Positions 39,614 through 49,292 of a stretch of DNA of 55,517 nucleotides are shown piece by piece; position 1 is the first letter of the stretch; every line of letters begins with the position of its first letter. The DNA is from Geobacter sp. Its GTDB lineage: Bacteria > Desulfobacterota > Desulfuromonadia > Geobacterales > DSM-12255. The translations under genes were made by a program, and so were the position numbers. Location of the stretch: the NCBI GenBank assembly GCA_016223015.1, contig JACRPV010000033.1, positions 1-55,517 on the forward strand. The letters are read 5' to 3'. Under the pieces are notes generated by a model that saw only the letters and a list, made by a program, of their open reading frames with translations, ran no database searches and was not told where the DNA came from.

Positions 39614-39832
39614 TCAATCCTTCAACTGAAATGCCACCTTGAGAATCACCTGGTATTCTGAAACCATGCCATCATCTCCCACATGACCACGGATTTCCTG
39701 CACCTCAAACCAGGAAACCTTTTCCAGTGTGTTGTGTGCCTTTGTCAAAGCTGCCTGGATGGCTGCTTCGACACCGTTCTTGGACACACCGATCACCTCC
39801 ACCTTTTTGTAAACCCTGTCGGAACCGTACAT
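39614..39832 (-). CDS. Dodecin (flavin-binding)
   Basis: VYKKVEVIGVS, WFEVQEIRG, YQVILKVAFQL. Confidence 0.95.
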   Translation of the reverse strand: MYGSDRVYKKVEVIGVSKNGVEAAIQAALTKAHNTLEKVSWFEVQEIRGHVGDDGMVSEYQVILKVAFQLKD

Positions 39833-39957
39833 AGCACCCTCCTTAGCGGTTTATTTTCTTCAAGCTTAACACAGACTAAGCGCCGGTAAAGCGCTATCAA
39901 ATTTCTTCACATGACCTTTCGATCATGATATCAATAGACCGTACGGAGGCATATACC

Positions 39958-40479
39958 ATGGAAGTTCGGCATAAATCCCGCCTGTTCAATGGGCTGGTGG
40001 TAGATCTGGAACAACTGGATGTACAAATCGGCTCCAAAGGCTGGCACACCTACCAGATCGTTCGGCACCCCGGCGGGGCAGCCGTTCTCCCTCTCCATGA
40101 CGACAATACGGTAACCCTGATCCGCCAATTGCGCCCTGCGGTCGAAGAGTTCACCATTGAAATTCCAGCAGGCCGTTTGAGTCCGAATGAAAACCCGATC
40201 GATTGCGGCCGTCGCGAACTGGCTGAAGAGACCGGGCTTACAGCTGCTGTACTATCACCTCTTGGCCAGATATTTACCTCACCTGGCGTTTTCGACGAAA
40301 TCATCCACCTCTTTCTTGCCACGGGCCTTTCTCAAGGGGTGTCTCAACCAGATCCGTATGAAGATATCACCACGCTACGAATCCCTTTGAGTGAAGCGTT
40401 ACGCATGGCGCAGGATGGCAGGATCAGCGATGGGAAAACCATAGCCGCACTTCTTCGGGCTGCAGCGGGGCGGCCTTGA
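39958..40479 (+). CDS. NUDIX hydrolase (ADP-ribose pyrophosphatase-like)
   Basis: VRHPGGAAV, Nudix box EIPAG...RELAEETG, DGKT. Confidence 0.93.
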   Translation: MEVRHKSRLFNGLVVDLEQLDVQIGSKGWHTYQIVRHPGGAAVLPLHDDNTVTLIRQLRPAVEEFTIEIPAGRLSPNENPIDCGRRELAEETGLTAAVLSPLGQIFTSPGVFDEIIHLFLATGLSQGVSQPDPYEDITTLRIPLSEALRMAQDGRISDGKTIAALLRAAAGRP

Positions 40480-41372
40480 TACTCCAGGCAATAGTCGGTT
40501 CCGAGCAGGCAGGGTTGCGTCTTGACGATGGTCTCAAAGCTCTCTTCCCACAGCTCTCCAAAACCGAAATCCGTCGCCTCCTCGACTGGGGAAGTTGCAC
40601 GGTCAATCTCTCACTGGTTCGCGTGGCCTCGCGCACCCTGCATTCGGGTGATGCCATAGCCCTCGGTCTGATCGAGAAGGAACGCTGCATTGATCTTGCC
40701 TATTTGCCCACTGATATGCTCTACGAGGAAATGGATTACCTTGCAGTCAACAAGGGGGTGGGGATAAACAGCCAGCGGACCCCATATCAGCTGAAGGGAA
40801 CCGCCGAGTATGCCGTGGAATGCTATCTCCGTACGCAGGGGTCCAAGGAACAGGCACGAATTGTCCATCGCCTTGACCGGGGGACCTCGGGAGTGCTGTT
40901 CTTCCCCAAGCATAAACGTGCAGCTACCCATATCTCCGCCGAGCTGAAAGCCGGCAGGGTGACCAAGATCTACTGGGCGGTAGTGACTGGTCACCCCAAA
41001 GAGGAGTCGTGGACCATCTCGGAACCGATCGGCAAACTCAACAAATTCCGCTACGGCGTAATCTCCCCTGGTAAGGAGTCGACGACCGAGTTCCGTGTTG
41101 TTGCCAAAGGCGAGACCTCGACACTCGTGGAAGCCCGCCCCCTCACCGGCCGCACTCACCAGATTCGCGTACACCTGTCGCACTGGGGCCTGCCAATCAT
41201 CGGCGATACCTCCTATGGAGGGCTCCAGGCATCCCGCATGATGCTGCACTGCCGTACCATGGCCTTTAACGGCCTTCACAACAAGCCGGTCTCGGCAACA
41301 GCACCTGTTGATGCCCTTTTCCGCGATCTCTGCAGAGAGCTGGGCATCGCTGCCGATCTTGACGCGTTCTAG
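40476..41372 (+). CDS. RluA-family RNA pseudouridine synthase with S4-like N-terminus
   Basis: RLD N-terminus, VHRLDRGTSG, TGRTHQIRVH, PIIGD. Confidence 0.95.
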   Translation: MILQAIVGSEQAGLRLDDGLKALFPQLSKTEIRRLLDWGSCTVNLSLVRVASRTLHSGDAIALGLIEKERCIDLAYLPTDMLYEEMDYLAVNKGVGINSQRTPYQLKGTAEYAVECYLRTQGSKEQARIVHRLDRGTSGVLFFPKHKRAATHISAELKAGRVTKIYWAVVTGHPKEESWTISEPIGKLNKFRYGVISPGKESTTEFRVVAKGETSTLVEARPLTGRTHQIRVHLSHWGLPIIGDTSYGGLQASRMMLHCRTMAFNGLHNKPVSATAPVDALFRDLCRELGIAADLDAF

Positions 41373-41383
41373 AGACCCTTCAC

Positions 41384-42181
41384 ATGAATATGCACGACGA
41401 AAGATTGTATAAGAAAATCAAGAATGCCGTCGGCAGGGCAATTGCTGACTACGGCCTGGTCAGGGATGGAGATCGAATTGCGGTAGCTGTTTCGGGAGGA
41501 AAGGATTCATACACCCTGCTGCATATTCTGGAGGAGTTACGGAAGCGGGCTCCCATCAGGTTCGAGCTTTTCGCCATCACCATCGATTCCGGATATCCGG
41601 GGTATCGCAGTGACATCATCGCCCAGCACCTTCGCGACCACGGAATCCGGCACCACGTGGAAAGCACCGACCACTACCGGATCATTGCGGAAAAACGACG
41701 GCCCGGCTCTTCATATTGCTCTATCTGTGCCCGGCTGAAGAGAGGAACCCTCTACACTCTTGCCCAGCAATTCGGCTGCAACAAGCTGGCGCTGGGTCAT
41801 CATCTCGACGATTTTATCGAGACGCTGCTTCTCAACCAGTTCTTTGTCGGCTCTCTCAAGGCCATGGCTCCCGGCATGCTCGCAGATAACGAGGTGACCA
41901 CGGTTATCCGGCCACTGGTATATGTTGCCGAATCGGATATCATCCGTTTTTCCAGTGACAGCAATTTTCCGATTGTATGCTGCTGCTGTCCTGCCTGCGG
42001 ACAAGCCGACCAGCAGCGCAAACGCATGAAAAACCTTCTCTCAGATCTGGAGAAGGTCATTCCTCATGTCAAACAGAGCCTCTTGCGGGCACTTGCCAAC
42101 GTCCAGCCACGCCATCTTTTGGACAAAAAACTTTACTCCGTACCTGGCGGTTCCGTCGGCTCCGTACCCCCGACACCCTGA
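41384..42181 (+). CDS. ttcA: tRNA 2-thiocytidine(32) synthetase TtcA
   Basis: PP-loop SGGKDS, CSIC, GHHLDD, IRPL, CPAC. Confidence 0.95.
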   Translation: MNMHDERLYKKIKNAVGRAIADYGLVRDGDRIAVAVSGGKDSYTLLHILEELRKRAPIRFELFAITIDSGYPGYRSDIIAQHLRDHGIRHHVESTDHYRIIAEKRRPGSSYCSICARLKRGTLYTLAQQFGCNKLALGHHLDDFIETLLLNQFFVGSLKAMAPGMLADNEVTTVIRPLVYVAESDIIRFSSDSNFPIVCCCCPACGQADQQRKRMKNLLSDLEKVIPHVKQSLLRALANVQPRHLLDKKLYSVPGGSVGSVPPTP

Positions 42182-42287
42182 CAGCCCTTCTCATCCGGCT
42201 TTTCCGCCAGGCAACCCATTCGTCTAAGACTGATATCGCCCCACCGTACACGACAACCAGCAGACTGAACGCAACCATCGGTTCCAT
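42069..42287 (-). CDS. Small membrane protein (hypothetical)
   Basis: GGAGGTG RBS, one N-terminal TM, basic tail. The 3' end overlaps ttcA. Confidence 0.5.
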   Translation of the reverse strand: MEPMVAFSLLVVVYGGAISVLDEWVAWRKSRMRRAVRVSGVRSRRNRQVRSKVFCPKDGVAGRWQVPARGSV

Positions 42288-42377
42288 CTTTCACCTCCAA
42301 AACCATGATGAATAGATCATAGCCGGTGGAGATGTCATAATATGTCGCAAACTATTCTGAAACTTGACGCGGAAATC

Positions 42378-43922
42378 TTATTTGGAGGGAACAGAGGGAG
42401 GCTGCACAGCCGGGAGGAAGAGAGATACCGTGGTTCCCTTCCCTTCCGTACTGTCGACAACAATGGTCCCCGCATGACTTTTGACGATGCTGTAGACCAT
42501 GGCCAGACCCAGTCCGCGACCGGGTGTGACCCCCTTGGTGGAGAAAAACGGTTCGAATATCCGTTCGCGTACATCGGCAGGTATACCGGAACCGGTATCG
42601 GAAATTTTCACGCAAACATGGGGGCCAATGGCAACTGTCGGATGATGCCGGCAGAAATCCGCATCCAGCATGACTCGTTCCGTACCGATACGTAACTCGC
42701 CACCGTCCGGCATGGCATCGATGGCATTGCTGACGATGTGCTGCAGCACTTGCGCCAGTTGCATTGGATCCCCCAGCACCGGCGGGGTATCGCTGGAACG
42801 CTGATCAATCAATGTCACGTTTTTCCCGGGATGCGCTTTCAGGCTTGCCAACAGATCGTCAAAAAGAACCGACAGCTCGACGGGTATATTCAGGTGCTTG
42901 ATCTGCCGGGCAAAAACCAAAAGCCTGCTCAGCAGTCCGGCAGCCCGTTCCGCGGCCTTCTCGATGACCGTCACCCCTTTTGCCAGGGGGTGATCACCAG
43001 ACATGTCTCTCTTCAGGATGTTGGCATAGCCAAGTATTGGCGTTAAGAGGTTGTTCAGATCATGGGCGACAACCCCTGCGAGGGTCCCGATCGCTTCCAG
43101 CCTCCGGGCATGATAGAGTTGCTCCTCAAGACGCTTCAAGGCGGTAATATCGCGACCTGTCACCAGAATTGTCGATACCCTCCCGAGAACATCGAATTCG
43201 GGAATCAATCGCAGATCATAACTGACCTTGCCATGCGTACCCTCCTGCTCCCATTGGAATGCCTGCGCCACTCCCGAGGACAGGGTTTTCTGCAGTTCGT
43301 TATCCCATGCCGCAGCTAATCCGGCAGGGAGAGCCATTTCGGACAGCCACTTGCCCATCACATCCGAAGCACTCTGCCCATAGAAGCGCTCTGCAGCTGG
43401 ATTGAGGTACAGGTGCCGAAGGTTCCGGTCAAAGCGGATCAACAGATCCGGCACGTTTTCGGCAAGCGAGCGGAAACGCTCTTCACTCTCCCTCAGTGAA
43501 CGCTCCAGCACGGCCAGCCGACGCTTTCCCTCTTCTTCATCCAGCAATCGGGACACGACCGTTGGCAACCGTTCAGGCAAGTCTGCATCGTCCGGCAGCA
43601 CATCTCCGGCACCATCCTTCATCAATGTTACAGCACTGCCCGTGTCGACCTGACGCACCACAACTACATAAGGGGGGAGAAAGGTTATCGTTTCGAGTTC
43701 GGCGATGAGCTGCTCCGCCCCCATGTCGTGAAGCGTACCTTCGAATATCATCAGATCCGGCCGCTTGTCTCTGCAATATGCAAGGACATCAGCGCCGCTG
43801 CCTGCCAGGACAAACTCGAATCCCCTTTCCTCAAGACTCAACCTTATCCGCTCAACATTGGTCGAGTTGTGGAATGCCGCAAGGATTATCCGATTATTGG
43901 AATGCGATTCAACTGCGTCCAT
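42378..43922 (-). CDS. Receiver-like-PAS-histidine kinase
   Basis: Degenerate N-terminal REC (PDLMIFEG), PAS, AHDLNNLL, DTGSG, FEPFFSTK, GLGL. Confidence 0.9.
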   Translation of the reverse strand: MDAVESHSNNRIILAAFHNSTNVERIRLSLEERGFEFVLAGSGADVLAYCRDKRPDLMIFEGTLHDMGAEQLIAELETITFLPPYVVVVRQVDTGSAVTLMKDGAGDVLPDDADLPERLPTVVSRLLDEEEGKRRLAVLERSLRESEERFRSLAENVPDLLIRFDRNLRHLYLNPAAERFYGQSASDVMGKWLSEMALPAGLAAAWDNELQKTLSSGVAQAFQWEQEGTHGKVSYDLRLIPEFDVLGRVSTILVTGRDITALKRLEEQLYHARRLEAIGTLAGVVAHDLNNLLTPILGYANILKRDMSGDHPLAKGVTVIEKAAERAAGLLSRLLVFARQIKHLNIPVELSVLFDDLLASLKAHPGKNVTLIDQRSSDTPPVLGDPMQLAQVLQHIVSNAIDAMPDGGELRIGTERVMLDADFCRHHPTVAIGPHVCVKISDTGSGIPADVRERIFEPFFSTKGVTPGRGLGLAMVYSIVKSHAGTIVVDSTEGKGTTVSLFLPAVQPPSVPSK

Positions 43923-44081
43923 GTACGTCTCCGAATCGCAACGACGATCTCTGCTAAGGCGATAGGGTCAAGCATACCGCCAAAAGCACGGCAGTCAATC
44001 CCTTGACAGCACTTCAACTGGCTGAGGGTTTACAAGTCAGCAGAGGTGGGATAAGGTATTCGGATCGACCATGGGGGTATC

Positions 44082-45059
44082 ATGCACCAACGTTTTGTAC
44101 AACCACTGCGAATAGCGATCCAATGGTGCTATCTGTTGTTCATGCTCTACCTGGGAATCAGATTCGCCCAGTTTGTCCATTACTTTCGCGCAGGCGGGAC
44201 AACATCCTTCGTCCCGAGGCCTGCAGCGATTGAGGGGTTTCTGCCGATTTCCGGCCTCCTCGGGATAAAGGGCTGGCTGGCACACGGCGATATTAACCCC
44301 ATCCACCCGGCAGCCGTGGTTATTTTCCTTGCCATAATCGGCGTGTCGCTTCTTTTCAAACGCTCATTCTGTTCATGGATCTGCCCGGTAGGGACTATTT
44401 CGGAACTTCTCTGGAAGACAGGGTTCAGAACTCTACGCAGGAACATTCGCCTGCCACACTGGCTCGATGTTCTGCTGCGCGGCATCAAGTATCTGCTGCT
44501 CGCATTCTTTCTTGTTTCGATCCTCTGGCAGATGCCGAACACAGCGGTTTCGGCCTTCATCTATTCAGACTATCACAAGGTCGCCGATGTAAGACTCCTT
44601 GCCTTCTTTCAGTCTCCCTCGGTTGGTGCGGTTGCGTTCATTCTCATTCTCGCCCTGCTGTCCATCCCGGTCCGCAATGCCTTCTGGCGCTATCTTTGCC
44701 CCTATGGGGCACTTCTCGGGCTCATCTCCACACTCTCCCCCCTCAAGGTGACCCGCTCGCACCAGCAGTGCGTTTCGTGCGGGGCCTGCACCCAGGTCTG
44801 CCCCGCATACCTGCCGGTCATGGCAAAGGAACGGATGCACTCTCCCGAGTGCATCGGCTGCTGGCGCTGCATAAGCCACTGTCGGGCCAGCGGAGCCCTG
44901 GACATGAAACTGACCGGCGGTCGGCTTGCCATCAGCGGCATCCTTTTCGCAATTCTCGTGGTCGCAGGTTTCTGGGGTGGAACCCTGGTGGGAAAACTCA
45001 CAGGAAACTGGCAGACATCCATCACGCTGGCAGATTACGCGCGCCTGCTGGGGAAATAA
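44082..45059 (+). CDS. NapH/MauN/YccM-like membrane 4Fe-4S protein
   Basis: Multiple TMs, FCSWICPVG, CVSCGACTQVCP, CIGCWRCISHC. Confidence 0.9.
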   Translation: MHQRFVQPLRIAIQWCYLLFMLYLGIRFAQFVHYFRAGGTTSFVPRPAAIEGFLPISGLLGIKGWLAHGDINPIHPAAVVIFLAIIGVSLLFKRSFCSWICPVGTISELLWKTGFRTLRRNIRLPHWLDVLLRGIKYLLLAFFLVSILWQMPNTAVSAFIYSDYHKVADVRLLAFFQSPSVGAVAFILILALLSIPVRNAFWRYLCPYGALLGLISTLSPLKVTRSHQQCVSCGACTQVCPAYLPVMAKERMHSPECIGCWRCISHCRASGALDMKLTGGRLAISGILFAILVVAGFWGGTLVGKLTGNWQTSITLADYARLLGK

Positions 45060-45083
45060 AAAGGGGCGCCGTCCGGCGCCCCT
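45057..45083 (-). terminator. Intrinsic terminator after dksA
   Basis: AGGGGCGCC-gtcc-GGCGCCCCT with an A-tract on the left (U-tract for the minus strand). Confidence 0.75.
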
Positions 45084-45113
45084 CGTGTCATCGCATTCTG
45101 TCCGCGGAAACTA

Positions 45114-45533
45114 CTACATTTCCTCTTCTTCGCCCAGTGCTATCTCGCGATAGACACGGTCCTCTTCAAACCGCTTGGTCTGTGCCTGCTGCTTCTCGAT
45201 ATCCGACTTGCACTTGACGCAATAGCGGGCAAAGGGAAGGACCTTGAGCCGTCCCAGCGGGATCTCCTCTTCGCATTCCTCGCAGATGCCGTACTCACCA
45301 TCCTGGATGCGCAACAGCGCTTCCTCGATGTTCGCAAGCTTTTCCCGCTCACGGTCTCCCAGCAGCAGATCAAGCTCCCGGTCCCGCTCACTGGATGCCT
45401 GGTCATAGATATCGCCACTCGGTTCACCGGTAGTGGTATTGGCCCCTGACTTCAAGGCCCTCTTTATTTCGCTGAGAGTATCCTCCTTCATCTTGAGGAG
45501 AACACTTTTCATTTCCGACTGCGCATCAACCAT
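45114..45533 (-). CDS. dksA: DksA/TraR C4 zinc-finger protein
   Basis: DIYDQA coiled-coil tip, YGICEEC...YCVKC. Confidence 0.88.
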   Translation of the reverse strand: MVDAQSEMKSVLLKMKEDTLSEIKRALKSGANTTTGEPSGDIYDQASSERDRELDLLLGDREREKLANIEEALLRIQDGEYGICEECEEEIPLGRLKVLPFARYCVKCKSDIEKQQAQTKRFEEDRVYREIALGEEEEM

Positions 45534-45588
45534 ATACACGACACTCCAGACAAAAAAATTAACAACCCTCGCCCGCCAGGGCGTCGCA

Positions 45589-45616
45589 ATGATACAGCAA
45601 TTTCCCTTGTTGTCAA
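45589..45616 (-). promoter_or_regulatory. Sigma-70 promoter for dksA
   Basis: TTGACA-N16-TATCAT followed by a GC-rich discriminator. Confidence 0.55.
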
Positions 45617-45650
45617 GGGAAAAGCCCTAGAGGTTAAGTATTTGAATAAA

Positions 45651-47006
45651 TTAAGAAATTATCTCTCCTATCAGATCATAGTCTGATGAATCCGTGATCT
45701 TGAGTCGCACTATTTCACCCACATTGGCCTGGCCGGCAGTGATATAGACCTGACCGTCGATATCCGGCGCCTGTTGCGATGTTCTCCCCTTGAGCAGGAG
45801 TTCTGTCTCCTCGCTGTATCCTTCGACCATCACCTCAGTAACGGTGTCAATCAGTCGGCGATTCCGCTTGAACGAAACCCGTGCCTGGGCGCGCATCAAC
45901 TTCTTATGGCGTTCACGCTTTACCCGCTCCGACACTTGGTCCGTCATCTCTGCCGCAGGGGTCCCCTCTTCACGGGAATAGCAGAAAACCCCCAGCCGGT
46001 CGAACTGGGTCTCTTCCACAAAATGCAGCAGCTTCTTGAAGTCATCTTCGGTCTCACCAGGAAATCCGACGATGAACGAAGTCCGCAGGGTAATGTCAGG
46101 AACGGCTGAGCGCAACTTTTCGATGAGCGCCCGGATATCCGCCTCCGAACTGCGACGGTTCATCCGCGAAAGGACCGGGTCGGCAATGTGCTGGAGCGGG
46201 AGATCCAGGTATTTACAGACCTTTTCCCCATCGCGAATGATGGCAATCAGCTCATCCGTTATGCCGTCCGGATAGGCATAGAGAAGCCGTATCCAACGCA
46301 GACCCGGCAGGCCATGGAGTTCTTCGATGAGCCGGACCAGGCTTTCACCATCCGCAAGGTCACTACCATAACGGGTCACATCCTGGGCAACCAGGTTGAG
46401 TTCCTTGGCGCCGTTTTCGACCAGCCGGCGCGCCTCATCCACGACTTGCTGCAATGGCCTGGAACGGAACGACCCGCGCAACGAAGGTATCACGCAGTAC
46501 GAACAGCAGTTGGAGCACCCTTCGGCGATCTTCAGGTAGGCGGTGTAATAGGGTGAGGACTGCAGGCGGGGAAGGTCGATGTCGTACAGATAATTGGGGT
46601 CTCCGGTATAGAGGACCTGGCGGTCGCTTGCATTCCTTTCAGCAATGATCTCGGCGATACGAGGATAGTCGCCGGTGCCGACAAAGATGTCCACCTCGGG
46701 CAATTCTTTCGCCAATTCCTGCTGGTACCGTTGCGGCAGGCAGCCGGCCACGATCAGGAGCCGGCAGCTAGCGTCATGTTTTCGGTCTGCCAGGTCGAGG
46801 ATGGTATCGATGCTCTCCTGCTTCGCCTCTTTAATGAAGGAACAGGTGTTGACGATGATGATGTCCGCTTCATGCTCATCGGTGGTGATGGTGTAGCCCT
46901 TCTCAGCCAGGTAGCCGAGCATTACTTCCGCATCCACCAGGTTCTTCGGGCAGCCGAGGCTGACCATGCTGACCTTATCCTGAATCTTGTGCAAGCTCTC
47001 CCCCAT
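45651..47006 (-). CDS. rimO: Ribosomal protein S12 methylthiotransferase RimO
   Basis: [19 protein letters not shown], radical [21 protein letters not shown] domain. Confidence 0.97.
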   Translation of the reverse strand: MGESLHKIQDKVSMVSLGCPKNLVDAEVMLGYLAEKGYTITTDEHEADIIIVNTCSFIKEAKQESIDTILDLADRKHDASCRLLIVAGCLPQRYQQELAKELPEVDIFVGTGDYPRIAEIIAERNASDRQVLYTGDPNYLYDIDLPRLQSSPYYTAYLKIAEGCSNCCSYCVIPSLRGSFRSRPLQQVVDEARRLVENGAKELNLVAQDVTRYGSDLADGESLVRLIEELHGLPGLRWIRLLYAYPDGITDELIAIIRDGEKVCKYLDLPLQHIADPVLSRMNRRSSEADIRALIEKLRSAVPDITLRTSFIVGFPGETEDDFKKLLHFVEETQFDRLGVFCYSREEGTPAAEMTDQVSERVKRERHKKLMRAQARVSFKRNRRLIDTVTEVMVEGYSEETELLLKGRTSQQAPDIDGQVYITAGQANVGEIVRLKITDSSDYDLIGEIIS

Positions 47007-47007
47007 C

Positions 47008-47493
47008 CTATGATCTGAAATTGATATACTGCATCTCGATGCCCAGGTCCTTGCCCTTCAGCATGGCGATGACCTCCTGCAAGTCATCGATATTCTTGCC
47101 GGTAACCCGCACCTGATCCTCCATGATCTGCGCCTGGACCTTGAGCTTGGTTTCCTTGATGGCAGCGATGATCTCTTTTCCCTTCTCCTTGGAGACACCC
47201 TGCTGGATGGTGATGATCTGGCGCACCATGCCGCCGGAGGCGTTCTCGGCCTTGCCATACTGGAGTGCCTTGATCGAGATCCCCCGCTTGAGGAATTTCG
47301 ATTGGAGGATGTCTATCACTGCCTTGAGCTTGAAATCATCATCTGCAAGAACCTTGATGGTATCCTTCTCCTGGGTAATCTCGCTCTTGGACCCTTTGAA
47401 ATCGTACCGCTGCGCAATCTCCTTCACCGTCTGATTGACGGCGTTGTCCACTTCCTGCATGTCAACCTTTGACACGATATCGAATGATGGCAT
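47008..47493 (-). CDS. yajQ: YajQ-family nucleotide/c-di-GMP-binding protein
   Basis: MPSFDIVS...RYDFKG...QYINFR. Confidence 0.96.
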   Translation of the reverse strand: MPSFDIVSKVDMQEVDNAVNQTVKEIAQRYDFKGSKSEITQEKDTIKVLADDDFKLKAVIDILQSKFLKRGISIKALQYGKAENASGGMVRQIITIQQGVSKEKGKEIIAAIKETKLKVQAQIMEDQVRVTGKNIDDLQEVIAMLKGKDLGIEMQYINFRS

Positions 47494-47577
47494 TCCAAGA
47501 ACCTCCTGGTGAATTGAAACTCCGATACAAAGATCTTCCCGGGCAGTTAGGCACCTCTTAGAATTTCGCAGCAGCGG

Positions 47578-48288
47578 TTACGGCTTGATGACTTCCACGC
47601 CTTTGGGAATCTTGAAACTGAATCTGTCCGAGGCAATCCCCTGGTTGACCCGCACCTTGCCGTATTCGATGGCAGTGCGGTTCCCCATCTGGTCGTAGAC
47701 AACCGACGAGAGTATCGGGAACGGCACCTGGGCTGCTCCTGAATCGCGGTACTTTGCGACCGCCGTAGCCGCTATGGTCAGCTGAAGCTTGGCAAAAGCC
47801 TGGCCCCCCTTCTTCGGCGTCAGGTCCAGGAGGTAGTTGCCCTTCGCATCTCGGCCACTGCCTGAAAAGGCAATAGTGAAGTCGCGCGAAACGTTTCCCA
47901 TGCCAGTCAGATAATTGAGCGCCACACCCCCCTGCGCAAGCATGGCATTTACATCGCTCACCATAACCTGCTTGTTGTCGGGGAGGTAAAACCAGACCTG
48001 TTTGCCGTTGGACACAATCTGCTGACGGGGCTTGCGGTAATCGAACCGGAACATGGCGGGACCATTGGCAGGACGTTTCATGGCCAGTTCACCGCTCCCT
48101 TTTTCGTCCCGCTTGATCGCCGTCAGGGTCGTCTTCTGGCTGAAATCCGCCTGCAGATCCTTAAGGAGACGATAACCGTCCTCTAGGGTTGCCACTACCG
48201 CCTTCAAATCAGCATCACCCGCAGCCCACGTGGTGCCGTGTAGCAGTAACATGACAAGGGCCAATACCAGTATCGTAAATCGTTTCAT
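47578..48288 (-). CDS. lolA: Outer-membrane lipoprotein carrier LolA family
   Basis: Signal peptide, ADFSQ, KRP..FRFDY, IVSNGKQVW, FSFKIPKGV. Confidence 0.85.
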   Translation of the reverse strand: MKRFTILVLALVMLLLHGTTWAAGDADLKAVVATLEDGYRLLKDLQADFSQKTTLTAIKRDEKGSGELAMKRPANGPAMFRFDYRKPRQQIVSNGKQVWFYLPDNKQVMVSDVNAMLAQGGVALNYLTGMGNVSRDFTIAFSGSGRDAKGNYLLDLTPKKGGQAFAKLQLTIAATAVAKYRDSGAAQVPFPILSSVVYDQMGNRTAIEYGKVRVNQGIASDRFSFKIPKGVEVIKP

Positions 48289-48309
48289 AACAATCCTTTC
48301 CCGTTACAC

Positions 48310-48339
48310 AAAAAAGGCGACACCGGATCATGTCGCCTT
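48310..48339 (-). terminator. Terminator-like hairpin between the two lolA paralogues
   Basis: AAGGCGACA-N8-TGTCGCCTT plus a T-tract on the minus strand. Confidence 0.6.
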
Positions 48340-48368
48340 ATCATGCGGAGCACTCCGGCTCCCTGCCA

Positions 48369-49229
48369 TCAGCGACTGCCGGGAGGGCGAACCGCCTGGA
48401 CATCCGCAGGGATATCAAACTTGAAGAGCCCACCGGACAAACCCATGTTCGCCTTGATGTTGCTGAACTCAAGGGTGGTGGAATTCCCCTGGTGATCGAT
48501 CACGGTGGTCGAGAGAATGGGAAACGCCCATTCCGGCCTGGGGAGGTCGGCCCGCCGATTGTTCTTATAGGCTGGGTTGATTATGCGGCGGCCATTCTGC
48601 ACAAAACGGCGCACAGATTCGAAGCGCACCACGACAAAAAGCTTCTCGATGGACTCCATGGCGCGTCTGGGGGTGAGTTCGAGGATGTAGTTCCCATCCA
48701 TGTCCCTCCCCTGCTGCGAAAAGAGAATCTCAAAATCCTTGGATATCCGGGACAGACCCTGAAGAAAATTGAAACCGGAATTCCGGGCAGGATCGGAGAG
48801 ATCCGGATTGAAAAAAGAGCTCATGTCGCTGACGATCACCTGGCGGTTCTCCGGAAGATATGTCCAGAGCGTGGAACCATCGGAGACGATTTCATGGGTC
48901 GTGGGCCGGTAGTAATCAAAACGGAACATCAGTGGATCGCGCCGTTGATAATCGGCGTTCTTCAGATAGAACTGGCCGTCGGCACGCATCTCGCGGTTGT
49001 TTTTAGCCAGGGTGGAGCGTTGGAAGAAGTCTGCCGTCAGATCAACGAGGAAAATATCATTATCGGGAGAATCATATCTGTTCGCCGAGGAGAAGGACTG
49101 CTCGACAGTATTGATCACGTCTCGCAACCCGATGTTGACCGGCGCCGGCACCGTGGTGACGGCAAAAGATGGTATCACGGCTGCCGACAGCAGCGCCAAG
49201 GTCAGGAACAAGCTTCGAAACTGCAGCAT
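48369..49229 (-). CDS. LolA-like paralogue with insertions
   Basis: Signal peptide, ADFFQ, MFRFDYYRP, IVSDGSTLW, FKFDIPADV. Confidence 0.85.
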   Translation of the reverse strand: MLQFRSLFLTLALLSAAVIPSFAVTTVPAPVNIGLRDVINTVEQSFSSANRYDSPDNDIFLVDLTADFFQRSTLAKNNREMRADGQFYLKNADYQRRDPLMFRFDYYRPTTHEIVSDGSTLWTYLPENRQVIVSDMSSFFNPDLSDPARNSGFNFLQGLSRISKDFEILFSQQGRDMDGNYILELTPRRAMESIEKLFVVVRFESVRRFVQNGRRIINPAYKNNRRADLPRPEWAFPILSTTVIDHQGNSTTLEFSNIKANMGLSGGLFKFDIPADVQAVRPPGSR

Positions 49230-49292
49230 GATAGCCCCCTTAGTAGCGGGAAATTGTGCCATAATTTCACTGACAGCGCAACCTGTTATTCG

